Shown here in pieces: positions 26,801 through 38,800 of a DNA stretch of 64,000 nucleotides; position 1 is the first letter of the stretch; each line of letters opens with the position of its first letter. The translations under genes and the position numbers were made by a program. The stretch spans positions 310,001 to 374,000 of the forward strand of contig JASTWF010000363.1 in NCBI GenBank assembly GCA_030390025.1. Reading direction: 5' to 3'. The stretch comes from Squalus acanthias (lineage: Eukaryota). The notes below the pieces were generated by a model. It was not told the origin of the DNA and ran no database searches. It saw nothing but the letters and a program-made list of their open reading frames with translations.

Positions 26801-29800
26801 AATCTAAAAGGTGAGACTTGAACTTGTCATCAGTGTTGACCTGTAAGTATCACAGAAAGTGGGAGTAAATTAAAATTTACGTATTTTTGATAATTTTAAA
26901 CTTTTTCATCGAGTACTATTGCTTTTAACTAATTGTGTTGGTTATACAAGCGTGACTAGGATATTGAATATTTTTCACTTTGACAAGACAAAGAGTCAGA
27001 ATAAAATTAATTTGTTTTTTCTCAATTTAATGGCCGATTGTAATTCATTCAGCTGTTAACATTTAATTTCACTAGACAGAATGCTTAAAAAGAAATTAGT
27101 TTCCGTAAATGACAAAAGTATTGTAAGAGTGCACAGACACCTTGACTGGTTGCATATATTTGGCAGCTGGTATATGAGCATGCTTGCAGCAAGTTGTAAA
27201 CAAGGAGACACAGCTGGATTGAAACAGAAGACTGCAATCAAGCCATCATCGGATACAATCGTGTGTTATTGCTGTTCAGTCACACTTTACCCCACTTTAC
27301 CCCTTCCCTGAATTTTTTCATGTTACTGTTTCTCTTTATCTGGTAAGTCACATGGTCTTTGCCTTCCAGCTGTAGTTGAACCCTATGGTACTCTGTAGTA
27401 TGGAATGCTTGTCCACCTTGCTTTCGAACTTGCTCCTGTAGTACATCTTACATATTTTGCAGTGCCTAGTTATTAATGTTTGTTATTTTGTCTGTTATAT
27501 CTACTAAAATTATAATGTATCAGCATTTAAGATAACTTATATTTTGTATAAAAGATTCATGTCTTAAGAATTAAAACATCGTGTGTCAACTCAGTCACAA
27601 TTGTACAAAAATGCACTTAATCATATTTTGTCATTTAATTGATTTTTACATGTTACTTTATATGTGCTCCCTTTCCCTGTCTTCCCTTCCCCCCCCCCCC
27701 CATTGTTTAGAGGGTGGGTGAAACAGATTAGCTTGTAGATGTTTTATGACCTGTTGTCTGTGCTGCTGATTGTTCAAGACTGAGGTCTCTTACCTGAGGT
27801 GAAATGCCCTTTCACTGCAAGGTGGGAGCAAAAACCCATCTATAGAAAGCAACCAAATTCAAATTTGTATTTAGTTTAATCCCTTTTTGTTTTATGATGT
27901 CATGTGCCTTTGTTATTTCTGAGCTTTTCTTTACATTATTCAAAATACTTCTGTTTTTTGTGTGCTTTTCTTCGAATTATATTTTTCCTCGTGGTTTCAT
28001 TTTATGTTTCTAAAAAGTTCACCTCATAGTCCACCAGTAGGAAGGAATGGCATTTGAAGCCAGTTACAGGCATAGGTGTTTGTGGACGGATTCAACGCAC
28101 AGTGAGAGAGAGCAGTTGCCGATTGATTCACTGGTTTTGGCACAATTCAGGCGAATGGGTGAGAATCCCAGAAGATTATGGCATCAGATGCAAATGGTTT
28201 TGATACTAACTGGAGGAATGGAATGGATACAAGAGGGATTGGGGAGATGTGACCAAGCATACAGGGAAAGGGTTAAAGATCTTTACATACCTGTTTGAGA
28301 TTTTTAGTTTTTCTTCTAAAGTCAATTGCTACTGTATACAATCTATTCTCTGTGATTGAATCCAGTTTGGTGACATTAAGATTCAATTTTGAAATACCAT
28401 TACTTATGTAAGTTTAAGTCTGCAATAAAGAATGCAATGATCCACAGTGTAGATTTTTTTTAACCAGAGTTAAGTTGTAGTCCAAGATTCCTACACTAAT
28501 CTCTATTTAAAGTGGTATAAATGCAACTAAATCTCTTCAATAAAACCAAAAGTAACCAAAGCAGGTATTGCTATAAGTTCTGCTTCTCAAAATTTGAGCA
28601 CTACTGCTCACTATAACAGTATTTTAGCTAGGACCAGAGAATGTGGAGAATTTTTATTTATGAATTTGCTGCATTTAAGTGCTATTGTGTGTTAGTGGAA
28701 TTTTACCATAGCTGCTGTTTGGGTTGCTGTGATCCGAAGTCAGTCTAATATAATAACTGTGTATTTTTCAATAATGACAGTTAATCCAGTACCAAAGTTG
28801 TATACCATTGACCTGAAATATTGGGAGAGTTGGCACACAACAAGCCAAAAACTGAATTAAAACACATTAAGTAACAATTATATATTTAATATTGAATCAT
28901 TTCACAACAGTAAATTGTTCTCCGAGTTCAGGTGCCACTTCTATACCGTTCTATCTTTACTTTTTTGGTTTGTGATTTTATTTGAATCCTTTTGATTAAG
29001 ATTAGAGCCTTGTATTCTTTGTGTAATGTGGTTAAATCATTTCTTTTGATTTATATTGCTGCCTTGTAATTGATCCTGGATATCCCATTGTTCTCCATTT
29101 GTCAATGGATAACTATTGTAATCAGCTGATATCTCAGGAAAAAATGTCTATTATCTAAGAACAATCTGAGTGTAGGAAATTGATTAGTAGTTGTAGATTT
29201 TGGAATCATTTCTGCATTTTGATTTGAAGAATGGAGCTGTAGACATTTTTGTAGTCCTTGAGCTATTTTACATGGGCATCAGGACACAGGCAGGCAGTCA
29301 TTTACATAAAAAAGGTGCTATCAGTCATGTGAAGTCCTTATTCTGTGCATAATGTGTGAGCCTGCAGCGCTATTTACTGTGTTGGCTTTCTAATACAGAC
29401 CCTGATTATTTGCTTTAATATTTTTAAAAGGCCAATTGTTGTAATTTTCCCATAAGGCTTCAACCTGCATTTACTCTCCTTCCCTAGCATCTAACATTAA
29501 AATGAGAGGATGGAGGAGGATTTCAGGCCTCTGTCTATGGTGCAATTAATACAGGAACATGGTTTCCTAGTATTAATATTTGAGGTATAATTTGCATACT
29601 TCTAGAATGTTTGCCAGGAACCTAAAAGAATGAATTGAGTGAATTTTCCTTCACTCTGCTGAGGGAGTGCTGCACTGTTGGAGGTGCTATCTTTCAGATG
29701 AGATGTTAAACCGAGGCCCTGTCTGCTCTCGGGTGGATGGAAAATATCCCATGGCACTATTTCGAAGAAGAGCAGGGGAGTTATCCCCAGTGTCCTGGCC

Positions 29801-32800
29801 AATATTTATCCCTCAATCAACAACATAACAGTTTATCTGGTCATTATCACATTGCTGTTTGTGGGAGCTTGCTGTGTGCAAATTGGCTGCCGCGTTTCCC
29901 ACATTACAACAGTGACTACACTTCAAATAGTACTTCATTGGCTGTAAAACACTTTGAGACATCCGGTGGTCGTGACAGGCGCTATATAACCGCAAGTCTG
30001 TCTTTCTTTTCACTGTTAATTCAATGTCAAGTTGAAAGAAGCCTTTGTTCTGGTCAAGCAATATGATGTTCAGTTTAGACTAGGTCACTACAGCAGTGGA
30101 AGAAGCAAGTCACCATTATTGTATGTCTTTTCAGACAACTCTTGACTTTTGTGACCACTGACCAAATGTCCCTCATGAGTCCAGGCCAGTCAATTGCCAG
30201 AAGGTAGCACAGCAGACACCCTGCAAACAGTGAGGTGATGGCTGCACAAATATCTGATCAGGAACTCACAAGTGCACCAGAAACAAGAGATAAAATTGGC
30301 AAGATGTATGGAAAGACTTCTGACAAATCAGGTCATCACTGGTTGAAGTGATTGTGCCATTGTCTGTCCTCCCTTATCTCCTAGGCTTGGGAGTCTACTT
30401 CAGACATAGGGTACTTCAAATTCATAAATCAATGTTCTTCAGTACTATATGATCCCAACTGAAAGCAGGGTGTTAGAAAGGCAGTATACATTTGAGTAGG
30501 GTAATGACACTAAACAAATTCCTACCTATGATGGACTTTGTAAAGAAGCAGTAAGTCCATGTGCTGGAATAAACCTGCTTAGTTCTCAGATCGAAACTTG
30601 ATGAAACTTCTGTAGCCTTACCTAAAGGACTTGGAATACCTTGAAGACATTAGTTCAGTCACTGGCTGCTGTTGGGAGAGGAGTGGAGTTATGCCTCAAC
30701 AACTGTACCAATGTGCTGACTGATCCCATGTACAGCTGACTGCAGTCCATGAATGACAACACCACATAGTTTGCCGCACAAACTTGTGAACTGATTATCT
30801 TTCAAATCTTCCACAGCGGTGTTCAAAAGAGAATTCTATTCTAGATTTCCTATGTGTAAAAAAAAAAGCATAGGCTCAATAATGAAAATATAATAATGCC
30901 ACTATTATTCTCTATCATTTAGCATATTTTTGGATAAACATATGTATAGCATATGAACCTAATTTGAAATCTAAGATCTGTTTGTAACATTTGTTGCTGT
31001 TCCTCAACCTCTGATAAAATCCACATTGTTTATGGTTCCCTGACCAGCAGAAAAAGTATACCGATTATGTTTGTTTCACCTGCCATATAATGCTACAATA
31101 TTATTGGTCAGGTGCCCAAATATGACATTTTATAACTGTCTAACTTAATTAGTTATCAGTCCCAAAACACACTTCCAGCCTCCTGGATGCATAATTATCC
31201 TAGTTAAATTGGATTGCTTTACAGAAGGGTAACGGTTTGAAAATTCCAGAAAGTTGTTTCCTGAGTATCTATGAGCACACCTGGGTAATTCTGCAAATGT
31301 GATAATTGACAGTCCTGCAATAATTGTCACTTTTGTGTATGATTTATCTGCATCCAAGTAAAACTCATAAATGACTAAATTAATTTCTTCTATGTATATT
31401 TCTGCATTTGGAAATTTATACAACATTGTAGTAAATCCAGATATGGAAATTCCTAAGAATACTGTAGTGAAGAATGGCTGGGTGATTGTTGTTCAAATCA
31501 ATTAAATATTTTAAAGATTAAAAAAATATACAACTGCATATTTATGAGTTATATTAGTTCTGATATGCTAGTATGTATTTAGCATTAACATTGTTAAACT
31601 GATTTATTTATTTTTAATCTAAAGAAACGCACATGCCTTAATTTGCCTTGCTGTGCACTAAAACTAAAACTTCACAGGAATGCTTATCCATGGCATTTTG
31701 AAGCAGGAGGAGTCATTCAGTTTATAATTTTGAATGTGTGCATCATGTTAGTGGGAGGAGCAGTTTAACCCACAGTGCCACTGAGTTACTTATCACAGCA
31801 ATGGAGTGTGAAAGGACAAGCAGGAGTCTGGCATCTCCTTGCAGGGAGACGGGTAATTTGAATTCAGTGTTTCTGTTGGGCAGTTGTTATGTGCAGCTCC
31901 TGCTTGCTAAAAAGTATAATCACAACAACCCAGGAGCCAGCCACCCACCCTGTCCTTTAGCCACATTAGTTGGAAGGCCCAGGGAGGACATGTAATAAAA
32001 AAAGTGCATGCCCTCATAGGAGGTTACATACCTTCCAACTGTTTTACATTTTAGATTTTTTTGTCATAAAATAAGTTGAACTTCAGAAGTTTAGACAAAT
32101 GTCAGTTAATCGTTTAATACAAAATGCATTATTGCTTTTTAATTAGGAGTACTTTGGAGCATCACATTGCATAAATACATGTTGCACCAAATTTAATTAA
32201 TGTGTCATAGATCACTCCATTAGTTTTAGCGTGCAAGTTATTTAAATATGTAAGGTGCAAGTACGGCACATGTTAAAGGATACAACGCATTAATATTCAC
32301 GTAGAACATAAATTGTATTTGTTAACCTAAGTTGAAACTCTAGTAGCAATATGGTGGCCTTCTAGTTGGCAGTACTTGCGTATTTTTCTTGGGATAAACA
32401 GTCTAAAAAGACTTAACAGTCTAAATGAAGTTACATCAGCATCCAATACGAATACATTCTTAATAAATTGTTCGGGATTCCCAGATGGCCTGAAAAGTGT
32501 ATTTTTGTGTAATGTCCACTTGTTATAACCACTACAGCTCTCGAAGTTTTTTTTGTTCTCTCATGCATTATCCTCTATTTAAAGGGACTGTGATTGAAAT
32601 TCTTCACTAAAATTTATACAAAGCAGCAGGTTAATAGGTATCCATTCCCTGGTATGTAAAGGAATTTGTAGCCACAGCTGTTTCTTAACTTCTCTGGTTT
32701 CAGGTTAAATCAGTGGACACTCTTCCATGACCCTGTCCGTCTGCCCCTACTACTCCCTGTGAACATTTTAAAAATATTTTTATATAGTGGTATGATACTG

Positions 32801-35800
32801 GGGCTTAGAGGATTAAATTGAGGACAGGTTGCATAAGCTTGGCTTGTATTCCCTTGTATAGAAGATTAAGGAGTGATCTGGCTGAGGTGTTTAAAATGGT
32901 AAACTGATTCAATAGTGTAGATAAAGAGAAACTATTTCCTTTGGCTGGGGGGAGGAGAACCATGACCGAGGGGACATAATCCAGATCCAGGCCATTTAGA
33001 AGGAAAATAGGTAGTAGAAATCTGGAATTCACTCCCCCAAAAGGCTGTGGATACTGGGATGGAGCTTTCAAGACACAGATTTTTGTTAGGTAAGTCCATT
33101 TAAAATTGTAACAGACTGGGGAAGCTAGTATTAAAATAATAAACTTGGACTCAAGCACAGCTAACGACTGGAAAGTCATGAGGGAGCTGGGGAGAAGGCA
33201 CTGAAACAGTAAACATGCACTTGAGTAGAGTTAAAGAGTGAGGGAAGTCAAGGGATATGGAGCTAAAGTGAGTAAATGGATTTGAGGTAAAGATCAACCA
33301 GGATCTAATTGAATGGCGGAGCAGGCTCGAGGGGCTGAATGTTCTACTCCAGTTCCTATGTACTTTCTCTCCAGACTTCCCTCACACTCTCTAACTCGAA
33401 GTCGCACAACACCAGGTTATAGTCCAACAGTTTTATTTGAAATTACGAGCTTTCGGAGCTCTGCTCCTTCTTCAGGTACAGTACGGCATCTCCGCATCAT
33501 GCTCTCTAACTCTGTGCTTGAGTCCAAGTTTATTATTTTAATACTAGCTTCCCCAGTCTGTTACAATTTTAAAAACAACGTTCATTTACATGGTGCCTTT
33601 AATATAGCAAAACGTACTAAGGCACATCTCAAGCATAAACTGACAAATCAGACAAAAATTGACACTGAGCCAAAGAAGGGGATATTAGGAGGGCTGACTA
33701 AAAGCTTGGTCAAAGAGGTAGGATTTTAGGAGGGTCTTAAAGGAGGAGAGATGTGGACTGACAGAGAGGTATAGGGAGGAAATTCCAGAGCTTAGGGCTG
33801 ACTACTGAAGGCACGGCCAATGGGGCAAAGGCAGTGAGGGATGTGTAAGAGGCCAGAGTTTGAGGAATGCAGAGTTCTCTGAGGGTTGTGCGGCTGGAGG
33901 AGGTTACAGATATAGGGAGGGGTGAGGCCATGAAGGAATTTGAACAAGAGATGAGAATTTTAAAATGGAGGCATTGGTGGACCTGGAGCCAATGTACTGA
34001 ACACAGTAGTGATGGATGAGTGGGACTTTCAGGGTTGGGGTAAAGGACAGCAGAGTTTGGATGAGCTCTAGTTTATGCAGGGTGGAGGTCAGTCCAAATA
34101 GCATTGGAATAGAGAATCAGACTGACAACACAGGCATTGGGGTCAAGAGAGATGGTGGCGAGGTAGAGGTGGGTGTCATCAGCGTACATGTGGAATCTGA
34201 CGTCATGTCTTTGGATGATATAGCCAAGGGGCAGCAGATAGATGAGCGATAGGAGGGGACCATCGATAGATCCTTGGGCGACTCCAAAGATAATGGAGTG
34301 AGAAGAGAAGCCATTGCTAGAGATTCTTTGGCTACGATTAGATAGGTCTGAGTGGCGCCAAGTGATGTCAGTCCTACTCAGCTAGGCATTGGAGGATGGT
34401 GTGGTCGACTGTGTCAAAGGCTGCATGGAGGTCAAGAAGTATGAAGAGGGATAGTGCATCACAATCGCAGAGGATGTCCTTTGTGGCATGGATTAGGGCC
34501 GTTTCAGTGCTGTGGCAGGGACGGAACCGTGGTTAGAATGGTTCAAACATGGAGTTGCGGGAAAGATGGGCACGGATTTGGGAGGCAAAGACATTCAATG
34601 ACTTTGGAGAGGAATGGGAGGTTGACGATAGGGTTATAGTTTGCAAGGACAGAGACATTGAGGGTGAATGTCAGCACGAGGGCCAGGAAGGGAAGTTGGT
34701 TTAGTGGGAATGGGGTTGAGAGGAGGTGAGTTTTATGGATAAGATGAGCTTGCAGAGGACATGATGGGAGAGAAACTAGACAAAGGCACAGGTTCAGGGC
34801 TAGGGCAAAGAGAACCTCGGGATGTTTGGCTTGGTGGAGGAGGATGCAGCTGAATGGATGGATGGTCTCCGTGTTAGTGATGAAGAAATCCATGAGCTTC
34901 TCGCACTTGTTCAAGGTAAGAATGGAGAGGGGTTTAAGGATTTGGTAGTTTGGGGTTATCTTTGCATTCCAGAATGATCCTGAAGTAGTGATCAGTTTTG
35001 GCAGAGGAGAGCAGGGCCAAATAGAGCTTGATGTGTAGTGCAGCCAGCTCTGGCGATGAATGGCTAAATCAGTTGAGCACCAGATATGTTCAAATCTGAG
35101 GTCTTTGGATTTGAGGAAGTGAAGGTGGGGAAGTGACAAGGGTGGGAGAGAGTAAGTGTTTTACTGAGGGAAAGGGCATCAAAGGTGGAGGTGGGGGAGT
35201 GCTTGAGCAGATCAACAGCTGCAGAAGTATCGTGACAAACGGACAGCCAATGGCTAGACAGTTGAGAGTTTGAAAGAGCAGTTGTAAGTGACTTGGCGAG
35301 AGTTTTTTCCAGGGCGGACGCAGAAGGAAGGATTATGTAAGTGGTGAAGGATACAAGAAAGTGATCAAAGATGGCCTTGCCTGAGATTAAGACGATGGGA
35401 ATAAACCATGTGAGATGGCAAGGTCGAGGTGATACTTGGCGTTTTCCTGCTTTTCCTGTGATTTTTTTTTTAAGTAAAGAAAAACTGAAATTTAAATAAA
35501 CCCAAAAATGGCCAAAATATACAGTGAAAATCATCAAAAGTTAAAACTGGAAATTTTACTGATACTCAACTGAGCCTGCAGTCATTTTATCTTGGTGCTT
35601 TTTCTGAATGTTGGTTTCACCATTCTGGATATCATTAGGTATATAACAGTGTGGCCTTTGATGATGACTGGAGGCTAGTAACTTGAATTTGGCAGAAATA
35701 ATTTGACACAGATCTCAATGGCCTCAATTGCACGGAATGCGGTTGCTTTATGCGGCAATAATGTTGCAGTTGTATCCAGCAGTAGTTAAACTATACACCA

Positions 35801-38800
35801 CATCCAGGCCCTGAGTTTCCTCGGCATTTGCACGCAGAGAGACCTGCAATCTGGGCGCAAACAATTTACGAAGCTTAAAAGACAGTGTATGCTTGGGTGT
35901 AAGTGAGATTGTGCTCACGGGAGGGAACTCCAGGCCCTAGTCTCAGACTGTGCTCTTGAAATAAGTTGGGTATTTTTGTAACTCCATCACTGATGCCACA
36001 TCCAGCTTGAATTGTGTCATAACCCACTGAACTGAGATTTTTTTAATGTAAGTTTTTTGCTTTTTATACCGATTTTTATTGGAGTGGCAAATGGTTGTGA
36101 ATTGGCTACAATCACATATCAAATCTAACTTTCATTCCTTTAATGCCAAAGTGGTCAACTGGAAATGAAAAGTGGCTTGTTAATAGAAAAAAGAATTCTG
36201 CAGGGGTTTCGCCTGGGACCCTGGTGGTTACACAATTCATTTAACAAAAAATGAAGAACAGGGTGCTTCTAGTTATATGAAATTTACTGATTGGACCAAA
36301 CTAGTTAGGTGACCAGCATAAAGGGGATCAGTGACTTAACCAGATGGATAAATTAATCTATTAATACACATTGAACAGTCAATGTGAAATATATGTATAC
36401 AAGAAAGGATTTAATTGAAGAAAAGATGGTTTAGGATAGGTATGATGCCGTTCTTTTGGAACAATATTCAGTGAGTTTCATGAATCCTTTCAGCCCTCAG
36501 ATATGTCATCTGTCATCTGTGACTTGGAGTTGATTAACTGTATGTAAGGCTGTGGAAAACTGATATCCCCTTAGTTTTTCAGATGAAAAAAGACAGGAAT
36601 ATTAATCAGAGTTAATTTCAGGAGACATCTGTTCTGGTCATAGTTGCTACCCAATAAACATAAAGTACATTGCTGAATTAAAAAAGGCTTTTCTTGTTAC
36701 TGCCATGCCCTGTAAAGCACCTCAATATGGATCAGTTACAGTAGCAGACTTGGAGAGTAGCTGTAGCCGCACTGTTATACACCTCAGTAGATACCTATTT
36801 TAAAAAGAATAAAATGACCCTGGTGCAGCTGTACAGGACTTCATGATAGTTAGTGGATGTGATTGCCCAAAGAATTCCCCAACCTGATGTCCAGTCACAG
36901 ACTGCAGTGCTCTATGGAGGAACCATTCAACTGCTCATTATTCTTCAAAAGTAGGTGTATTTGCATCTAATGTGTGGGCCACATGAGGTAAGAAATTGTC
37001 CTCCAAATATACAGTAAGGTTTTCCTTTCATTATTTAAATTTAACCCTTTGAGAAGACTTATCATTTTAACTGGAAAAAAATACACATTAACCTACTTGA
37101 GATATACTGATTACATTCAAAGAATACTGTCAATGTTGAAACCTCTCTTCCATGTGTTCTATTAATTTCAGTATGCAAACCACGGAATACTGGTTGAATG
37201 AATGTATTGTAGCAACTATGTACATATTAAAGTTGTTGGGGAAAGTTTGGGATTCATAATTCAGTCTTAAGTTGATTTTATTATCTTGTCTGTCTGTATA
37301 TGTAAAAACCTACAGAAGTGATCCCAAAACTTTCATGAATGACTGGATTGCATTTAGCTCAGGCTTTCTATGATCTAGATAATATAAAAAACACTTTAAA
37401 GCCTGAGGTACTGAAAGCTAAACTCAACCCTTTGTGTAGGACCAAAGTGTTAGTTATAAAACAACAGTGAGTATAGAGACAGAATGACTGGGAGTGGCAT
37501 TGAAGTTTGCTTTTAGCAATGAAATGTGAAGTTTTTGTTTTCCTTTTAATTGTAAACTAGCTCCTGCAATTATGATACAGAAGCCTGGATCCTTCCATAA
37601 AATATTAAGAGCACCTTAATACAGCTAGATTGTTTTTATTCATAAGGTTTTAGAAATAAAATGACAAGTTATATTTCTTTGATTTTATAAAGAAAATAAT
37701 ATGTAATCAACATCCTGTGATCTATGCTGCTTGTATTGATATTGATTAAAGCACTCCCAAGTACAATTAAAAGTCTGAAGGGCCCAGGCAACAGCGACCC
37801 AGGAACCTTTGCATATTTCTTGGACCCTTGTCTTGCAAATTCTTCAACCTGGAGAACTGCTGAGCTTTGTGAGTGAAGCAAATGCTGTGAAGGACAGTAA
37901 AACCACCTGGTTACGCACTAAGTAAAAGCCGACACTGGTGCACATAACATTTGGGAGATGTACAATGTATGTTTTCGTTTTGAGATGTCACATAAATTGA
38001 ATATCAGCTCCTCCATCACCAGTGCAGTTTGTCCTGCTCTCAATTACCTGCCTTTCTGCTATAGTGGGTGTACAGCAGACTCACTTTGCAGCATTCATCC
38101 ATTCTGGAAAAAATGTTTGGAAGTTGCTCGCCACTTAATCAAGTAAAAAATTTTTTTCGAAATCTCCTAAAATAACTTTTCACTCAAACATGTCTGCTTG
38201 AACTTTAAACAGAGGAAATGAATCCAAAGAAAATATTACACCCTGTTGGTATAGATGAGGAACTAGTCTGGGTGGCAGAAGGAGCTGCAACAGGCCACTT
38301 AGGATCTGATCCAACAAGAAATTATAAAGGATTGAAGATGAGGGATTAGTGAGTTACCTGCCAGCTTTCCCAAGCTGAAAAAACAAGTAACTCGCCTCTG
38401 GCTAGTTGTGATTGAAATTTTCCAGCCCTGGTACACGTGGACAGGAGTAATACACAAGCCATACGTGATTGAATTCCCACCTTTTTGCCTGCTGTTTACT
38501 ATACATAGAGGAGTTGAGAGTGAGACCTATCTGACTCGTACAATGCCAGATGTGAGTGAATTGTTACCTTTTTACCTGGTGTATACTGTAATCTGCATGT
38601 ACTTTGGTAATTAATGGTTAGAAATAAACAGATTCATTGTGTTTGCACTACTGACCATTTCACTTGGCACAGAGAGACAAGCTTATGCAATACAACTGCA
38701 CACATGCAACTAATGTCTGCAGTTCACGGCTTCTTAAAAGTCAATGTTAAAACAATTCTGACACAGATCCAAAACAATGGCTGTACTTTGAAATATCCTG

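Larger units (their letters stand above)
33099..33573. repeat. Perfect 62-bp inverted repeat (33099-33160 / 33512-33573)
   Basis: TTTAAAATTGTAACAGACTGGGGAAGCTAG...CTCAAGCACAG and its exact reverse complement; the peptide [20 protein letters not shown] appears on both strands in the ORF track. Confidence 0.95.

Noticed and set aside
35806..35938. Small elements with imperfect inverted ends (also near 51672-51808 and 52067-52340)
   Set aside because: Probably decayed Harbinger-type MITEs, but TIRs and TSDs are too degenerate to delimit with confidence.
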